Assembly (NCBI RefSeq): GCF_031769215.1
Contig: NW_026782269.1
Span: 124,001 to 188,000 of the forward strand
Direction of reading: 5' to 3'
Source of the DNA: Ylistrum balloti
Taxonomy: Eukaryota
DNA length: 64,000 bases
The position numbers and the translations under genes are program-made. Below the pieces are notes generated by a model. It saw only the letters and a list, made by a program, of their open reading frames with translations, searched no databases and was not told where the DNA came from. This document shows positions 40,001 to 59,955 of this stretch, piece by piece (the stretch's first letter is position 1; each line of letters starts with the position of its first letter).

Positions 40001-43000
40001 ACTCAGTGTAACAATAAATCCCCTCCATCATTCTCATGACTCAGTGTAACAATATAGCCCCTCCATCATTCTCATGACTCAGTAACAATAAATCCCCTCC
40101 ATCATTCTCATGACTCAGTAACATTATATCCCCTCCATCATTCTCATGACTCAGTGTAACAATATATCCCCTCCATCATTCTCATGACTCAGTGTAACAA
40201 TAAATCCCCTCCATCATTATCATGACTCAGTGTAACAGTGTAACAATATATCCCCTCCATCGTTCTCATGACTCAGTGTAACAATAAATCTCCTCCATCA
40301 TTATCATGACTCAGTGTAACAGTGTAACATTAAATCTCCTCCATCGTTCTCATGACTCAGTGTAACAATAATTCCCCTCCATCATTATCATGACTCAGTG
40401 TAACAGTGTAACATTAAATCTCCTCCATCATTCTCATGACTCAGTAACATTATATCCCCTCCATTATTCTCATGACTCAGTAACAATAAATCCCTCCATC
40501 ATTCTCATGACCTAGTAACATTATATCCCCTCCATCATTATCATGACTCAGTGTAACAATAAATCCCTCCATCATTCTCATGACTCAGTAACATTATATC
40601 CCCTCCATCATTCTCATGACTCAGTGTAACAATAAATCCCCTCCATCATTCTCATGACTCAGTGTAACAATATATCCCCTCCATCATTCTCATGACTCAG
40701 TGTAACAATAAATCCCCCCCATCATTATCATGACTCAGTGTAACAGTGTAACAATATATCCCCTCCATCGTTCTCATGACTCAGTGTAACAATAAATCTC
40801 CTCCATCATTATCATGACTCAGTGTAACAGTGTAACATTAAATCTCCTCCATCGTTCTCATGACTCAGTGTAACAATAATTCCCCTCCATCATTATCATG
40901 ACTCAGTGTAACAGTGTAACATTAAATCTCCTCCATCATTCTCATGACTCAGTGTAACAATATATCCCTCCATCATTCTCATGACTCAGTAACAATAAAT
41001 CCCTCCATCATTCTCATGACCTAGTAACATTATATCCCCTCCATCATTATCATGACTCAGTGTAACAATAAATCCCTCCATCATTCTCATGACTCAGTAA
41101 CATTATATCCCCTCCATCATTCTCATGACTCAGTGTAACAATATATCCCCTCCATCATTCTCATGACTCAGTAACAATAAATCCCTCCATCATTCTCATG
41201 ACTCAGTAACATTATATCTCCTCCATCATTCTCATGACTCAGTGTAACAATATATCCCCTCCATCATTCTCATGACTCAGTAACAATAAATCCCCTCCAT
41301 CATTATCATGACTCAGTGTAACAATATATCCCCTCCATCATGCTCATGACTCAGTGTAACAATATATCCCCTCAATCGTTCTCATGACTCAGTAACATTA
41401 TATCCCCTCCATCATTCTCATGACTCAGTGTAACAATATATCCCCTCCATCGTTCTCATGACTCAGTGTAACAATAAATCTCCTCCATCATTATCATGAC
41501 TCAGTGTAACAGTGTAACATTAAATTTCCTCCATCGTTCTCATGACTCAGGGTAACAATAATTCCCCTCCATCATTATCATGATTCAGTGTAACAGTGTA
41601 ACATTATATCCCCTCCATCATGCTCATGACTCAGTGTAACAATATATCCCCTCCATCATGCTCATGACTCAGTGTAACAATATATCCCCTCCATCATTCT
41701 TATGACTCAGTGTAACAGTGTAACAATATATCCCCTCCATCATTCTCATGACTCAGTGTAACTATTAATTCAATTCCATCATTCTCATGACTCAGTGTAA
41801 CATTATATCCCCTCCATCATTATCATGACTCAGTGTAACATTAAATCCCCTCCATCATTCTCATGACTCAGTGTAACAATATATCTCCTCCAGCATGCTC
41901 ATGACTCAGTGTAACTTTATATCTCCTCCATTATTATCATGACTCAGTGTAACAGTGTAACATTAAATCCCCTCCATCATGCTCATGACTCAGTGTAACT
42001 TTATATCTCCTCCATCATTATCATGACTCAGTGTAACAGTGTAACATTAAATCCCCTCCATCATCCTCATGACTCAGTGTAACTTTATATCCCCTCCATC
42101 ATGCTCATGACTCAGTGTAACTTTATATCTCCTCCATCATGCTCATGACTCAGTGTAACTTTATATCCCCTCCATCATGCTCATGACTCAACATAACTTT
42201 ATATCTCCTCCATCATGCTCATGACTCAGTGTAACTTTATATCTCCTCCATCATGCTCATGACTCAGTGTAACTTTATATCCCCTCCATCATGCTCATGA
42301 CTCAACATAACTTTATATCTCCTCCATCATGCTCATGACTCAGTGTAACTTTATATCCCCTCCATCATGCTCTTGACTCAGTGTAACTTTATATCTCCTC
42401 CATCATGCTCATGACTCAGTGTAACTTTATATCCCCTCCATCATGCTCATGACTCAGTGTAACTTTATATCCCCTCCATCATGCTCATGACTCAGTGTAA
42501 CTTTATATCCCCTCCATCATGCTCATGACTCAGTGTAACTTTATATCTCCTCCATCATGCTCATGACTCAGTGTAACTTTATATCTCCTACATCATGCTC
42601 ATGACTCAGTGTAACTTTATATCCCCTCCATCATGCTCATGACTCAGTGAAACTTTATATCCCCTCCATCATGCTCATGACTCAGTGTAACTTTATATCC
42701 CCTTTGTTATTCTAATGATTCAGTTTAACTATCTACTCACTCTATCATTATCCTGATTCAGTGCAAACATATATTCTTTCCATCATTATCAGATTAAAAT
42801 GTGACTATATATATGTTTACTCCTCACCTCCACCACTCACACAACTCAATCATGCTTTTCCAGCCACCATTTTTATTACTTAATCAACTAGCTCTTAACT
42901 GACCAAGCTACTAATACAGTACAGCAAATTTTGGGGTATTTTCCCTGACCATTATGACACATATAGAATTTTGAAATACATTTTTTTTCCCCTGTGAATA

Positions 43001-45499
43001 AAGGAATTTATCAATTCAATATAAACTTCTATCATCAATACAATGAGGATGTAAAAAATCTTATATATTCACTTGACTTTTCAAGTAATAATATAATTTT
43101 TGTAGTTTTGACCAATCAGAGAAATGCTTTCTAGTCACTGAATTGAACTTTACTGACTTTCCTATTTGGATGCAAACTATCTGCCATCAAAACATTTTTG
43201 AATTCACTTCATAAAATGATAAGAATTTTCATGTTTTTTCCACTTACCAAAAGTAATTACAACAATGAGACATATACAGATATAGGTACACGAATATATA
43301 TTTTTACATACATTTATACATAATTATGAATTCAAGTTTGTGCATGGCCCTCCCAGTTGACCCTATTTAAAACTGTCCTAATTGCTCTAGATGGCATGAG
43401 GTGGGCCTTCCATATGTTGTTCAGTTGGTAGCCACCAGCTGCTGCAAAGAATTGCACTCTCAAAATGACCCTGGATGTTACGAGGCAATAAACTCAGCAA
43501 ATAGACAATTGATATAGAACCAACACAACAAACGGTTGAAATAAAAGGAAAAATACCACTGGGATGAATCACAAAATTAATGCCTTAAACATGCAATTAG
43601 TTTTTACTGTTATTTATAAAATGGTTGCTTATTAAAGAATCTTTAAACTTGCTTCACTCCACATGCAACTTTTGAGTGTTCCAGTGTTTCAGTGAAAATA
43701 ACAACAATTTGGGAAGAAAAACAAACACCAAATCTCTTCATAATGTTAACATATATACACCTGTTCTGCAAAGCAAAATTCTTTTCTTGTTTTGAAAGCA
43801 AATGTAAGCACATGCAAATCAAGCAATATATATTTTGAACAAACAAAAAGCCATGGTAACTGACACACACTAATAACACTATATTGTGTATAGGGCTCTG
43901 TTACCTCAGCCACAGCTATAGATACCTGGAAAACAAGCATCAAATTGACCATTCTTTATCATTGTCATAACATATCTAGTTACAAAATTATAAAATCATC
44001 TACCTGACAATATGATATCCTGCACATGTCTAGTACATCTGACATTTGAAATAAATGTTCACTCTAGTGTTGGAACTATAGTCTGTTGTGTGAACTATAA
44101 TGTGACATTGGAATTTAGAGTGTGATGTTGAAACTGTGTTCTAATATTGAAACTATAGTCTTATGTTGAAAACATAATTAAATGTTTGAAATATAGTCTA
44201 ATGTTGGTATAGTGAATTGTTTGACCTTTAGTCTGATGTTACAACCAGGGTTTTCCATAATTTTGTTAGTAGTAGGCTGTGTAGTGAAAGTAGGAGGCTG
44301 TCCTGTTGTTTACGTGTAGTCGTGTATGGAACATTATTACAGAACTGGATTGGTGTAGGCGGCCAAATGATCAAAGTAGCCGGTCAAATTGGCTGGCGAC
44401 TGGCTCTTATGGAAAACCCTGGTTACAACTAAAGTCTGACATTTTAACTACAGTATAACATCTGAACTACAGTATAACATTGGAAATATAGTATAAAATT
44501 GGAACTACAGTACAACATTGGAACTATAGTATAAACTGGAACTATAGTCTGATGTTGGAACTACAAAATGTTTAATAGAATGTTGAAACTATAGTCTGAT
44601 GTTGGAACTATAGTATAATGTCGATACTATAGTGACACATGTCTGAACTAAAGTGACATTCTGATGCTAGAACTATGGTATAATGTTGGGCTATAGTATG
44701 ATGTTGGAACTATAGTCTGGTGTTGGAACTATAGTATAATGTCTGCTTATATTTAAGATTTTTGGAGTTTCTTGATATACATGTAAAATAACATTCCCAA
44801 TAATCAGTTATGAATTTTCACTTCAAGCCTACTTGCATATTTATTAACTATGGAAACAAATTTGAATTTCTGACTGATACCAATAATAATTACATTTGGT
44901 CAGAACCATTAACATTTCTCAAAGTAGAATCTAGTAGCAACATCTTAAGTGCAGGCTTATTACCGATATGCGGGGTTGTGCCAAGGGTAAGACCCGGACA
45001 TTGTCAGATTATCAAAAAGAAAAGGACTGAATGCCCTGCGACTCATTGCAAACCATGAGCATGGCAATATTGTTTATTTATATCACAGGGACATGTACTC
45101 CAACAATGCTAGAGGTTTTACACGGCGAGACAGCGGCCTCTTATATTATAGGAATAAGGGACATGTTACAATGTTTCTGAGGATGGGGGCTTGTATGGTA
45201 TAGTTTTACAAGTTATGGTATACTATTACTAGTTACGGCATACTAGATCTATCACTAGTTATAGCATACTATTACTTGACATATAGTATACCATCCAACT
45301 ACAAGCCCTCGTCACAAAGAAACATGTCCCTTTATTATTTACGTACATCTTTAGGGGTGTTGAAAACAGTCCTCTCCGCAGGATCTTCCCTTTTCGTGGG
45401 TATAAATGAATAGGCTGACATTTCACATGATCTTCCTTTAAGGGTGAAGCTATTGGTGTCTGTTTGGACCTCCAGTTTTCGTTCTGTTGATTCCGCCAT
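37046..45499 (-). CDS. CFAP90: Cilia- and flagella-associated protein 90 (C5orf49), 138 aa; exons 45499-45347, 37566-37447, 37189-37046
   Basis: Three phase-0 exons missed by the ORF track: MAESTERK...SAYSFIPTKREDPAERTVFNTPKD | ERYPYSTYQRLFRKQVGFNNKLHRDDREHAKSRGLKVNDE | EKVKEVPTLASSEYGHRL...KSQFYRRNGITS*. Matches recalled human C5orf49 (SAFSYIPPRR...KLHRDDREHAKSLGLHVNEE...SSVYG...DFYRKN). Confidence 0.92.
38470..42725. repeat. 4.2-kb minisatellite, 35-44-bp units (main 38-bp: cccctccatcattctcatgactcagtgtaataatatat), about 110 copies, in CFAP90 intron 1
   Basis: Directly visible; copy number estimated as length divided by unit size. Confidence 0.97.
44070..44745. repeat. Degenerate 21-23-bp tandem repeat (tgttggaactatagtctga-like) interrupted by a MITE
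   Basis: Recurrent ggaactatagt/gaactacagt on both sides of 44246-44421. Confidence 0.7.
44246..44421. mobile_element. hAT-superfamily MITE, 176 bp
   Basis: Perfect 15-bp TIRs cagggttttccataa / ttatggaaaaccctg and perfect 8-bp TSD gttacaac (44238-44245 and 44422-44429). Confidence 0.92.
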
Positions 45500-45763
45500 C
45501 GTTTTCCCGTTTTCAGCAAATCCAATATGGCCGATGTCAACTTCCGTTGTCAGGTGCCCGCTTTTATTATTTTCATTTTGTATAAGCTATTCAGATACTG
45601 CATTAGACCATAATATATTGTGCCAATTTAGTGTATTCAATCAATGTTAATATCACTTTATCCAGATACACGAAAATATAATTAATAAACCAATTTCCCA
45701 TGGTACTTTTCGTCATTCCAACATGGACGACGTCGTACTAGTTTCTCTTCCTACATTGAGCAG
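45500..45763. promoter_or_regulatory. Short bidirectional promoter region for CFAP90 (-) and RSPRY1 (+)
   Basis: CFAP90 ATG at 45499; candidate RSPRY1 first-exon donor CAG|GTAG at 45763/45764 and acceptor TTTTCAG| at 46087/46088; CpG-containing, with an ETS-type cttccg near 45541. Confidence 0.6.
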
Positions 45764-46109
45764 GTAGATGATGAAAACTGTTTTACTTCATTATAGTGTG
45801 ACATTCAGGTGCTTTTTTCATTTGTATCGAATAATTATGGTATTTCATATATATGTCTGTTCCTATAATCGCACTTTGAGGAAACGTTTGATTATTCTTT
45901 GCTCACATTTGCCACCTTATCTGCACTCCGACTGTTCTTAATTTTGTGATAATGCATTGATATATTTATGTTACTGTACAGTATACATAATGATTTCATT
46001 TGCTAGATAGTTGTTGAACAGCTTTAAATCCAGTATTTGAATGGCATATTTTAAGTTGTTTCTACGTTGTTATGTTGTTGTTTTCAGGTCTTAACAACTG
46101 GAAAAAAAC

Positions 46110-46169
46110 ATGGCCATCCAGGGAAATTATATTTGTGAACCTCAAACTTGACAAGAAATACGATATGGT

Positions 46170-46173
<4 letters not shown>
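46110..46173 (+). other. Two upstream ORFs in the RSPRY1 leader: uORF1 46110-46151 (MAIQGNYICEPQT*) and uORF2 46165-46173 (MV*)
   Basis: Both ATGs are in strong context (aacATGg, gatATGg); the uORF2 stop overlaps the RSPRY1 long-form ATG (ATGA). Confidence 0.6.
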
Positions 46174-52800
<6,627 letters not shown>

Positions 52801-53056
52801 TAGCCCATTATCATCAGACTGTTCCGTTTACACTTCATCCATGCTCTGTTGTCTGTCCTTAAACTGTTATTGTTATTGTTGTGTTTTAAGTACTGGATGG
52901 ATCTTTCTCACATTTCCTATTATGGTGAACATTGGTTCTTGTAGAACCCTTCATATACTGTGACAGATTAGGAAAACCACATTTTCTGACAGGTAGTCAT
53001 CTTGGTTTTAACAATGAAAAGTTTTTACTGCTATAAATAGACAAGTACTTGTTATA

Positions 53057-53699
53057 TTGTTGGGGTGTACATTATCAATATAGACAATATGTTGGGGTGT
53101 AGATCATCAATATAGACAATATGTTGGGGTGTAGATCATCAATATAGACAATATGTTGTAGATCATCAATATAGACAATATGTTGTAGATCATCAATATA
53201 GACAATATGTTGTAGATCATCAATATAGACAATATGTTGGGGTTGTAAATCATCAATATAGACAATATGTTGTAGATCATCAATATAGACAATATGTTGT
53301 AGATCATCAATATAGACAATATGTTGTAGATCATCAATATAGACAATATGTTGGGGTTGTAAATCATCAATATAGACAATATGTTGTAGATCATCAATAT
53401 AGACAATATGTTGTAGGTGTAGATCATCAATATAGACAATATGTTGGGGTGTAGATCATCAATATAGACAATATGTTGTAGGTCTAGATCATCAATATAG
53501 ACAATATGTTGTAGGTCTAGATCATCAATATAGACAATATGTTGGGGGTGTAGATCATCAATATAGACAATATGTTGTAGGTGTAGATCATCAATATAGA
53601 TAATATGTTGGGGTGTAGATCATCAATATAGACAATATGTTGTAGGTGTAGATCATCAATATAGACAATATATTGTAGATCATCAATATAGACAATATG
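53057..53699. repeat. 27/32/33-bp minisatellite (tagatcatcaatatagacaatatgttg, with or without a gggtg/taggtg insert), about 21 copies
   Basis: Directly visible; explains spurious ORFs 53107-53439 and 53517-53705. Confidence 0.95.
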
Positions 53700-55289
53700 A
53701 AGCAAATGAATTTAATAAGTATAATTGATTTTTTTCAATTCTTTGATGAACACAGGTGTTCTGTAAATACCAGTAGGACAATGATTCCTATCAGACAATG
53801 ATATAAAAAAGTTGTTTATTGTTTATCCTGAATGGCCAATTCATGATGGGGTGGTCATAATTTCAAAAGTTATGTAATACCTATTTGACTTCAAAAAACA
53901 TGGTAATGTATCCTGTCCCTTTTTCGTAGGCAGATTTGTTATATATTTGGATCAACTCAAATATGTAATGAAAAGAAAATTGGATTGTTTCTTGTTAATG
54001 TCATATCTATTTCACTTGTATATACATGTATAGGTATTCTCTTCCTGCTCCAAACTCAGGAAAACCATCTTCTGTCATACTAATAAAATATATACAGTGT
54101 TAAACAAAGCCAAGAAACGTTCTCTACATACACAATTATGACGATGTTTAATTGGTATACTAAAGGATTAGAACTGATAGTTTAGTAGGTCAGTGTGAGT
54201 GGGATTATTATCCTGGCCAGTGAGTTTGTCCTGGATTAGTGGAGCCCCAGGTTTACTGTTAGTTGTGATTAGTGACTCATTATGGGCTACTTAGACAAGA
54301 TTAGTCCTGATTGCTGACATACTTTGATTGTAAAAATGACCGTGTGACTCTTGTGAATCATATTTGTTATAGAGACAGTATACATAGCTTCAGGTATTCT
54401 CACGAACTATATATCCTGTAAGACAAACTTTGCCCTAGTACCATTGTTTGTAAGTACATACAGAGAATAAGCCTCAATAGTAACTAGTGATAATTCTTTG
54501 TTTTTTATACAGTATAACAAGATTCATTTGATGCCTTTAAGCTGTAAACTTTTCGGGTACCATGTTTGTATTCATATTAATTTTAGATCAAAGTCTCAAA
54601 CCTTATAACTGAAAACACACTGGTTTACATGTAGTTCGAATTATGCTGATGTTCTATCAACTTTTTGATATCAGGTAGGCATCGATGTCAAAATAGATAG
54701 AATGTCAGAATAACTCAGACAAGTTTCCATGGTGACACTGTGGGAATGTAAAACAAACACATGATTATACATCTACATAAAAGTTTATGTCCTTTTCTTA
54801 AAAAAAAAAAACCAGAACTATATTACAAACATTAACCCTTTATAAAATGACTTTTGTGTGATTTAAATTTTTCATGGGGATTACTGCAAACTTAATTGAG
54901 ATGTTATCAATATATTCATGATTAATTGGAAAAAAATTAATGAAAACCACTTGTGCCTGATATAAATATTTAACTCAGAATAAATAGTTTTCTTTCCTAA
55001 TGTACACCCCTACATTGATTTCATGTTTTCATCTACATGGAAATGTTACTGAATGCACTCACATTATTACTGTCACTGTTTAAAATTATTGGGTAATAGA
55101 TATGTACCTGTTACACATGCCTAACATCTTTACCTCTATATGATATGTGTCAAGGTCTATGGAAGTGCATGTTTTGTTGGGGAAAAATGGAAAAAAACAA
55201 TTTGTGAAAAGTATTTTGTGTCTAACTATCACCAACTTACATACATCACCATCTCATCTATCTTCATGGCAACATAGCAATGTCATGTT

Positions 55290-55995
55290 CACTGTATTAT
55301 ATCTGACACCACAATGTCATGATGTTATGTTCATTGTTTTATATCTGACACCACAATATCACGATGTGATGCCCAAAATCTTGTATCTGAAACCATAATG
55401 TCATGATGTGATGTTCATCTTATACCTAAAATTACAATGTCATAATGTCAGGTTCATCTCAATATATCTGGCTTCACAATGTCATGATGTCATATTCATC
55501 ATGTTATATCTGGCATCACAATGTCATGATGTCATATTCATCATGTTGTATCTGGCATCACAATGTTATGATGTCATATTCATCATGTTATATCTGACAT
55601 CACAATGTCATGATGTCATATTCTTCATGTTATATCTGGCATCACAATGTCATGATGTCATATTCTTCATGTTATATCTGGCATCACAATGTCATGATGT
55701 CATATTCATCATGTTATATCTGGCATCACAATGTCATGATGTCATATTCTTCATGTTATATCTGGCATCACAATGTCATGATGTCATATTCATCATGTTA
55801 TATCTGGCATCACAATGTCATGATGTCATATTCATCATGTTATATCTGGCATCACAATGTCATGATGTCATATTCATCATGTTATATCTGGCATCACAAT
55901 GTCATGATGTCATATTCATCATGTTATATCTGGCATCACAATGTCATGATGTCATATTCATCATGTTATATCTGGCATCACAATGTCATGATGTG
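55290..55995. repeat. 42-bp minisatellite (atcacaatgtcatgatgtcatattcatcatgttatatctggc), about 12 good copies plus a degenerate 5' end
   Basis: Directly visible; explains the 14-aa periodicity of spurious ORFs 55408-56097 and 55610-56014. Confidence 0.95.
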
Positions 55996-56799
55996 GTGTT
56001 TAGTCTGGTGCTAATATTTTCTTGTAAGTGTTTCTTTAATCTGTATTGGAATGTTGGAAACACCGATTTTTTTATCATATGGATCAAAATACAATGATAC
56101 ACCAAACATATATCATATTGTTTATTCAAACTCTGTAAAAACTTGAAAATCCATCAGAATAGCATTCACCAATTGTATCTGCCAACATCTAACACAAACA
56201 AACTAAAAACAAACTACTGTACGATAAAACTGAAAAGATTTACTATATAGGTCAATTAGGAATGATCCCTACAATAACCTAGATAAATTAAGATCTATAT
56301 ATATACATATCTCGATCAGATGTTTAAAAAATCCCCATTGTGTCATATTTGCTGGCTTACTGATATGTTGTTGGGGATTTAAAAATCAAATGTTTTACAG
56401 AATATAATGTTATTTTTTGTGAGAAATGAGCAAAGAAAATATGGCAATGTATGTATTTGTGATTTGATATTTTTTACGTAATGGTGTTCTATAGAATCTC
56501 TCAGCACATGTCTACCATGTAGATAAATGATTATACCAACATGTCCCTATAAATCCTTTTCTGTGTAACAATAGGAATATTGCTGGCCCACTTTAACTTT
56601 TCTTGTCCACCACAGGTTTCATAGGATATTTTGATATGCACAAACTAGTTATTGAAGGTGTCTAAATCTGTACATAAATAGAAAACCGACTGAGGAGTGA
56701 GCCCAGACAATAACATATGTAACATGAAATTTCCCTTGTGTAGAAATATTTGTGGTTTTCATGGGAGTTCTTATGTAATACAAAGGAGCAACACAAAAA

Positions 56800-56865
56800 A
56801 TGGCCTCTGTCCTGCTGGGGATTTAATGCTTGGTCTCAAGCTAGACACTCTGCCGTTCAGATAAA
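56800..56865 (-). mobile_element. Possible decayed tRNA-derived SINE head
   Basis: Minus strand has an A-box-like tgaacggcagagtgtctagct and a weak B-box-like attaaatccccagcagg; no cloverleaf. Confidence 0.25.
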
Positions 56866-58284
56866 GGAAAATTCTGCTAACCGAGGGTAGTATGGTGATT
56901 TGTACTGTCTACGTCTTCACGTTGACCATTGAAAATGAATACAAAATTTTTTGTTTATGTTCTTTACTGCCTTGTAGGGTCAGTTAGGGGTTGTATTGTT
57001 AACATGACATAACTCCTTTCTAAATCACTACCTATGGAGATGAATGTTGATGAAATATAAATACAAAACATAAATACCATCACACCTTTACATTATTGTA
57101 CTGTTAATTATAGTACAATATAGCACCTTAAGATGATTGACAAGAACATTACAAAACATACACAAATATGGCTACATACAAATAGCTTTAAATCGACATG
57201 TAAAAACTCCTCATTGAAAAAAAAAAGAGAAAATGGCTGCTCATAAATGAAAACATTCATAAATGACAAGTCAAATAGAAAATCTCTAAATCTTTAGAAA
57301 AGGATTGCATTCATAAATATATAAATTTTATCCAACATGATTTTAGACTATACAACTATCCTGTTTGTTGGTATGTATGAAATAGACATAACTTATGTCA
57401 ATGTAAGCTGTAATCTTTAATTAGTCAAGATGGCTTTTAATCACTCTTTTTTAATCATCTCAATTTCAAAAAAGGATAGGTAGTCTGAAAAAATTATTAG
57501 AATTTTGAACTGTAGATTTTAATTAGATTGCCAAAAGTAATGCAGGCCAAAGATTTCTCCCCGCCAATACCTATAAACCTTAATTCATTTTTTTCATTTT
57601 CTAGAAATTACTATTATTTCAATCATACCTAATGCTAGAATATGATTGTTTTGATTTACATTGAGGTAAATGAATTATGCACCAAACATGGAGACATTTG
57701 GTGGTGTATATGTTAACAATTTTCATGTTATACAACATATAAATGTAAATCACCATGAGTGGTCAAAATTGATTAATGTCAGTTTTGAAGTCCAGCCAGA
57801 TGCTGATAATTCCTGTAATGAAATACTACTTAATTAATCACTCTATAAGATATTAACACACAGATACTCTAAAAGTTTTTTCTTGGGGTTAACACAAGGA
57901 CCTGTATCTCCATGTCAGATAAATGACACACACATACCCTAGGTTGTACTAAGCTCCATGGGAGAGCATGATTATATACATGAACAGTTTTGGCACATTG
58001 GAGGAAGTTGTAAGACATTGTATATGCATATAGATCCAGTATTGAATTACAGGTTTTCAGATATCACACCTTACTGTCTGTCACAGCGGGCTAGTCTGAT
58101 ATCATTGTTGTTGAGTCATACTTGTTAGATACTGCAGTGCATTCCACTATTGATATTAAAATGGAGTATTACATTAAACAGGGTGATATGTGATATAATG
58201 GGGAATAGTATTGTACTTTATCGAAAGTAATATTAATTATGTTATCAAAAAATGATATTACATTGTCAAAGGTAACATATTATC

Positions 58285-58830
58285 AAGAATAATATATTAC
58301 ATTATCAGATGTAATAAGTTACATTTTAGATTAATATGTTATATTGATGGAAGTAATAAATTACATTAACAGGAGTAAAATATTACATTAACAGGAATAA
58401 TATATTACTTTATCAGATGTAATAAGTTACATTTTAGATTAATATGTTATATTGATGGAAGTAATAAATTACATTAACAGGAGTAAAATATTACATTAAC
58501 AGGAATAATATATTACTTTATCAGATGTAATAAGTTACATTTTAGATTAATATGTTATATTGATGGAAGTAATATATTACATTAACAGGAGTAAAATATT
58601 ACATTAACAGGAATAATATATTACTTTATCAGATGTAATAAGTTACATTTTAGATTAATATGTTATATTGATGGAAGTAATATATTACATTAACAGGAGT
58701 AAAATATTACATTAACAGGAATAATATATTACTTTATCAGATGTAATAAGTTACATTTTAGATTAATATGTTATATTGATAGAAGTAATATATTACATTA
58801 ACAGGAGTAAGATATTACATTATCAGGAAT
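58285..58830. repeat. 108-bp higher-order repeat x5, made of five 21-22-bp monomers
   Basis: cagatgtaataagttac starts at 58306, 58414, 58522, 58630 and 58738 (exact 108-bp period). Confidence 0.92.
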
Positions 58831-59562
58831 AATATATTGTTAACAGGTGTAGGTGTAATATGTTGCTGCATTTAACATATTACTTTATCTGGTGTAATAT
58901 TTTACATCAGTAGGAATGATATATTACATTATCAACAGTTATACATAACAATGAATTGTTTTAGATATTGATTTTGAGATAAATATACATGACTAAGAAC
59001 AGGAGTTTGGATCACACACAATAGAAGAGAGAAAAATAATGTTTGGAAAACATAGTGCTGACATAGAACTTGATATGTTATAGAGTGGAATGCACTGTTT
59101 ATCTCATACAAGTAGCAGACAATTGCATCAGTCTGTAACCTGGTCTGGTGAAGCACTTAAAGATATTTGATACCAGTAATCTAATTCTGATATGATTCTG
59201 GGTCCAAGCAACACAATTTTATCTTAATTCCGGCCAGATCAGGTCACATGATGTTAACTTTACATGGAACTCGGTTACTGGTCGTGTTTGGTAGATGTCG
59301 GTCATTCTTTTGCTTTATTCTGGTAGGATTATATCTTTTGTTTTATAGCCATTTTTATGGTGTTATGATATTTTAGGGTCTGTGTTATTGACCAATCAGT
59401 GATGCTTGGCTTGACATAATTGAGTGCAAAACTGCACCAGTATTGTATCATACTGTAGGAATTTATGTGACTACTTCTGATCTGAAATTAAATAAGAATT
59501 AGTTATATTGATTTAAGATGTCTGAACCTAAACAAGAAAGAAGGATGTAATATATTTCTATG

Positions 59563-59568
59563 TTTATT
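59563..59568 (-). terminator. Candidate polyadenylation signal of the nested gene
   Basis: AATAAA on the minus strand about 390 nt after the stop. Confidence 0.45.
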
Positions 59569-59955
59569 CACCTCAAATTATACACTCAACCCAAAACTTG
59601 TAATTCCATCTTGAAAACTGAAATAAACAATTTGTTTTGAAATGTAATTCCTTTATGTTGTCAATTACAGTAGACGTATTCCAACAGTCGAATAGATCTA
59701 CCAATTTCTGTAACCAGTAAAAGTTGGTTATTATATGTCACAAGTTCCCTGTTAACATACAGTTTTGACACTATCTCCCTTGTCAAGATCACACTTGGCT
59801 TAGTACAGCTATTTTTGTAACATTGTATCAAGCTGCCACCTGCACTCTGCTTATTCCCACCATTCACAAGGGGCATACATATGGTTGCACCCACAGTAGC
59901 CCCTGTGGTCACATTGTGGTCACCCTGTGCTCATCCCCATCGTTTGTACAGGCCT

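Noticed and set aside
38470-42725. Large repeat array as a CRISPR array, or as the small ORF 38964-39149
   Set aside because: Units are contiguous with no unique spacers, the DNA is eukaryotic and there are no cas genes.
38470-42725. Antioxidant response elements (Nrf2/CNC-sMaf) in the array, tempting next to tRNA-Sec biology
   Set aside because: Units read TGACTCAGTG/TA and lack the GC required in TGACnnnGC; only AP-1 is supported.
53107-56097. Repetitive ORFs 53107-53439, 53517-53705, 55408-56097 and 55610-56014
   Set aside because: Periodic translations of the 27-33-bp and 42-bp minisatellites.
59661-59912. 83-aa ORF right after the nested gene as a second gene or read-through extension
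   Set aside because: Non-ATG start, lies in the probable 3' UTR, and the in-frame continuation after TAA reaches another stop within 12 codons.
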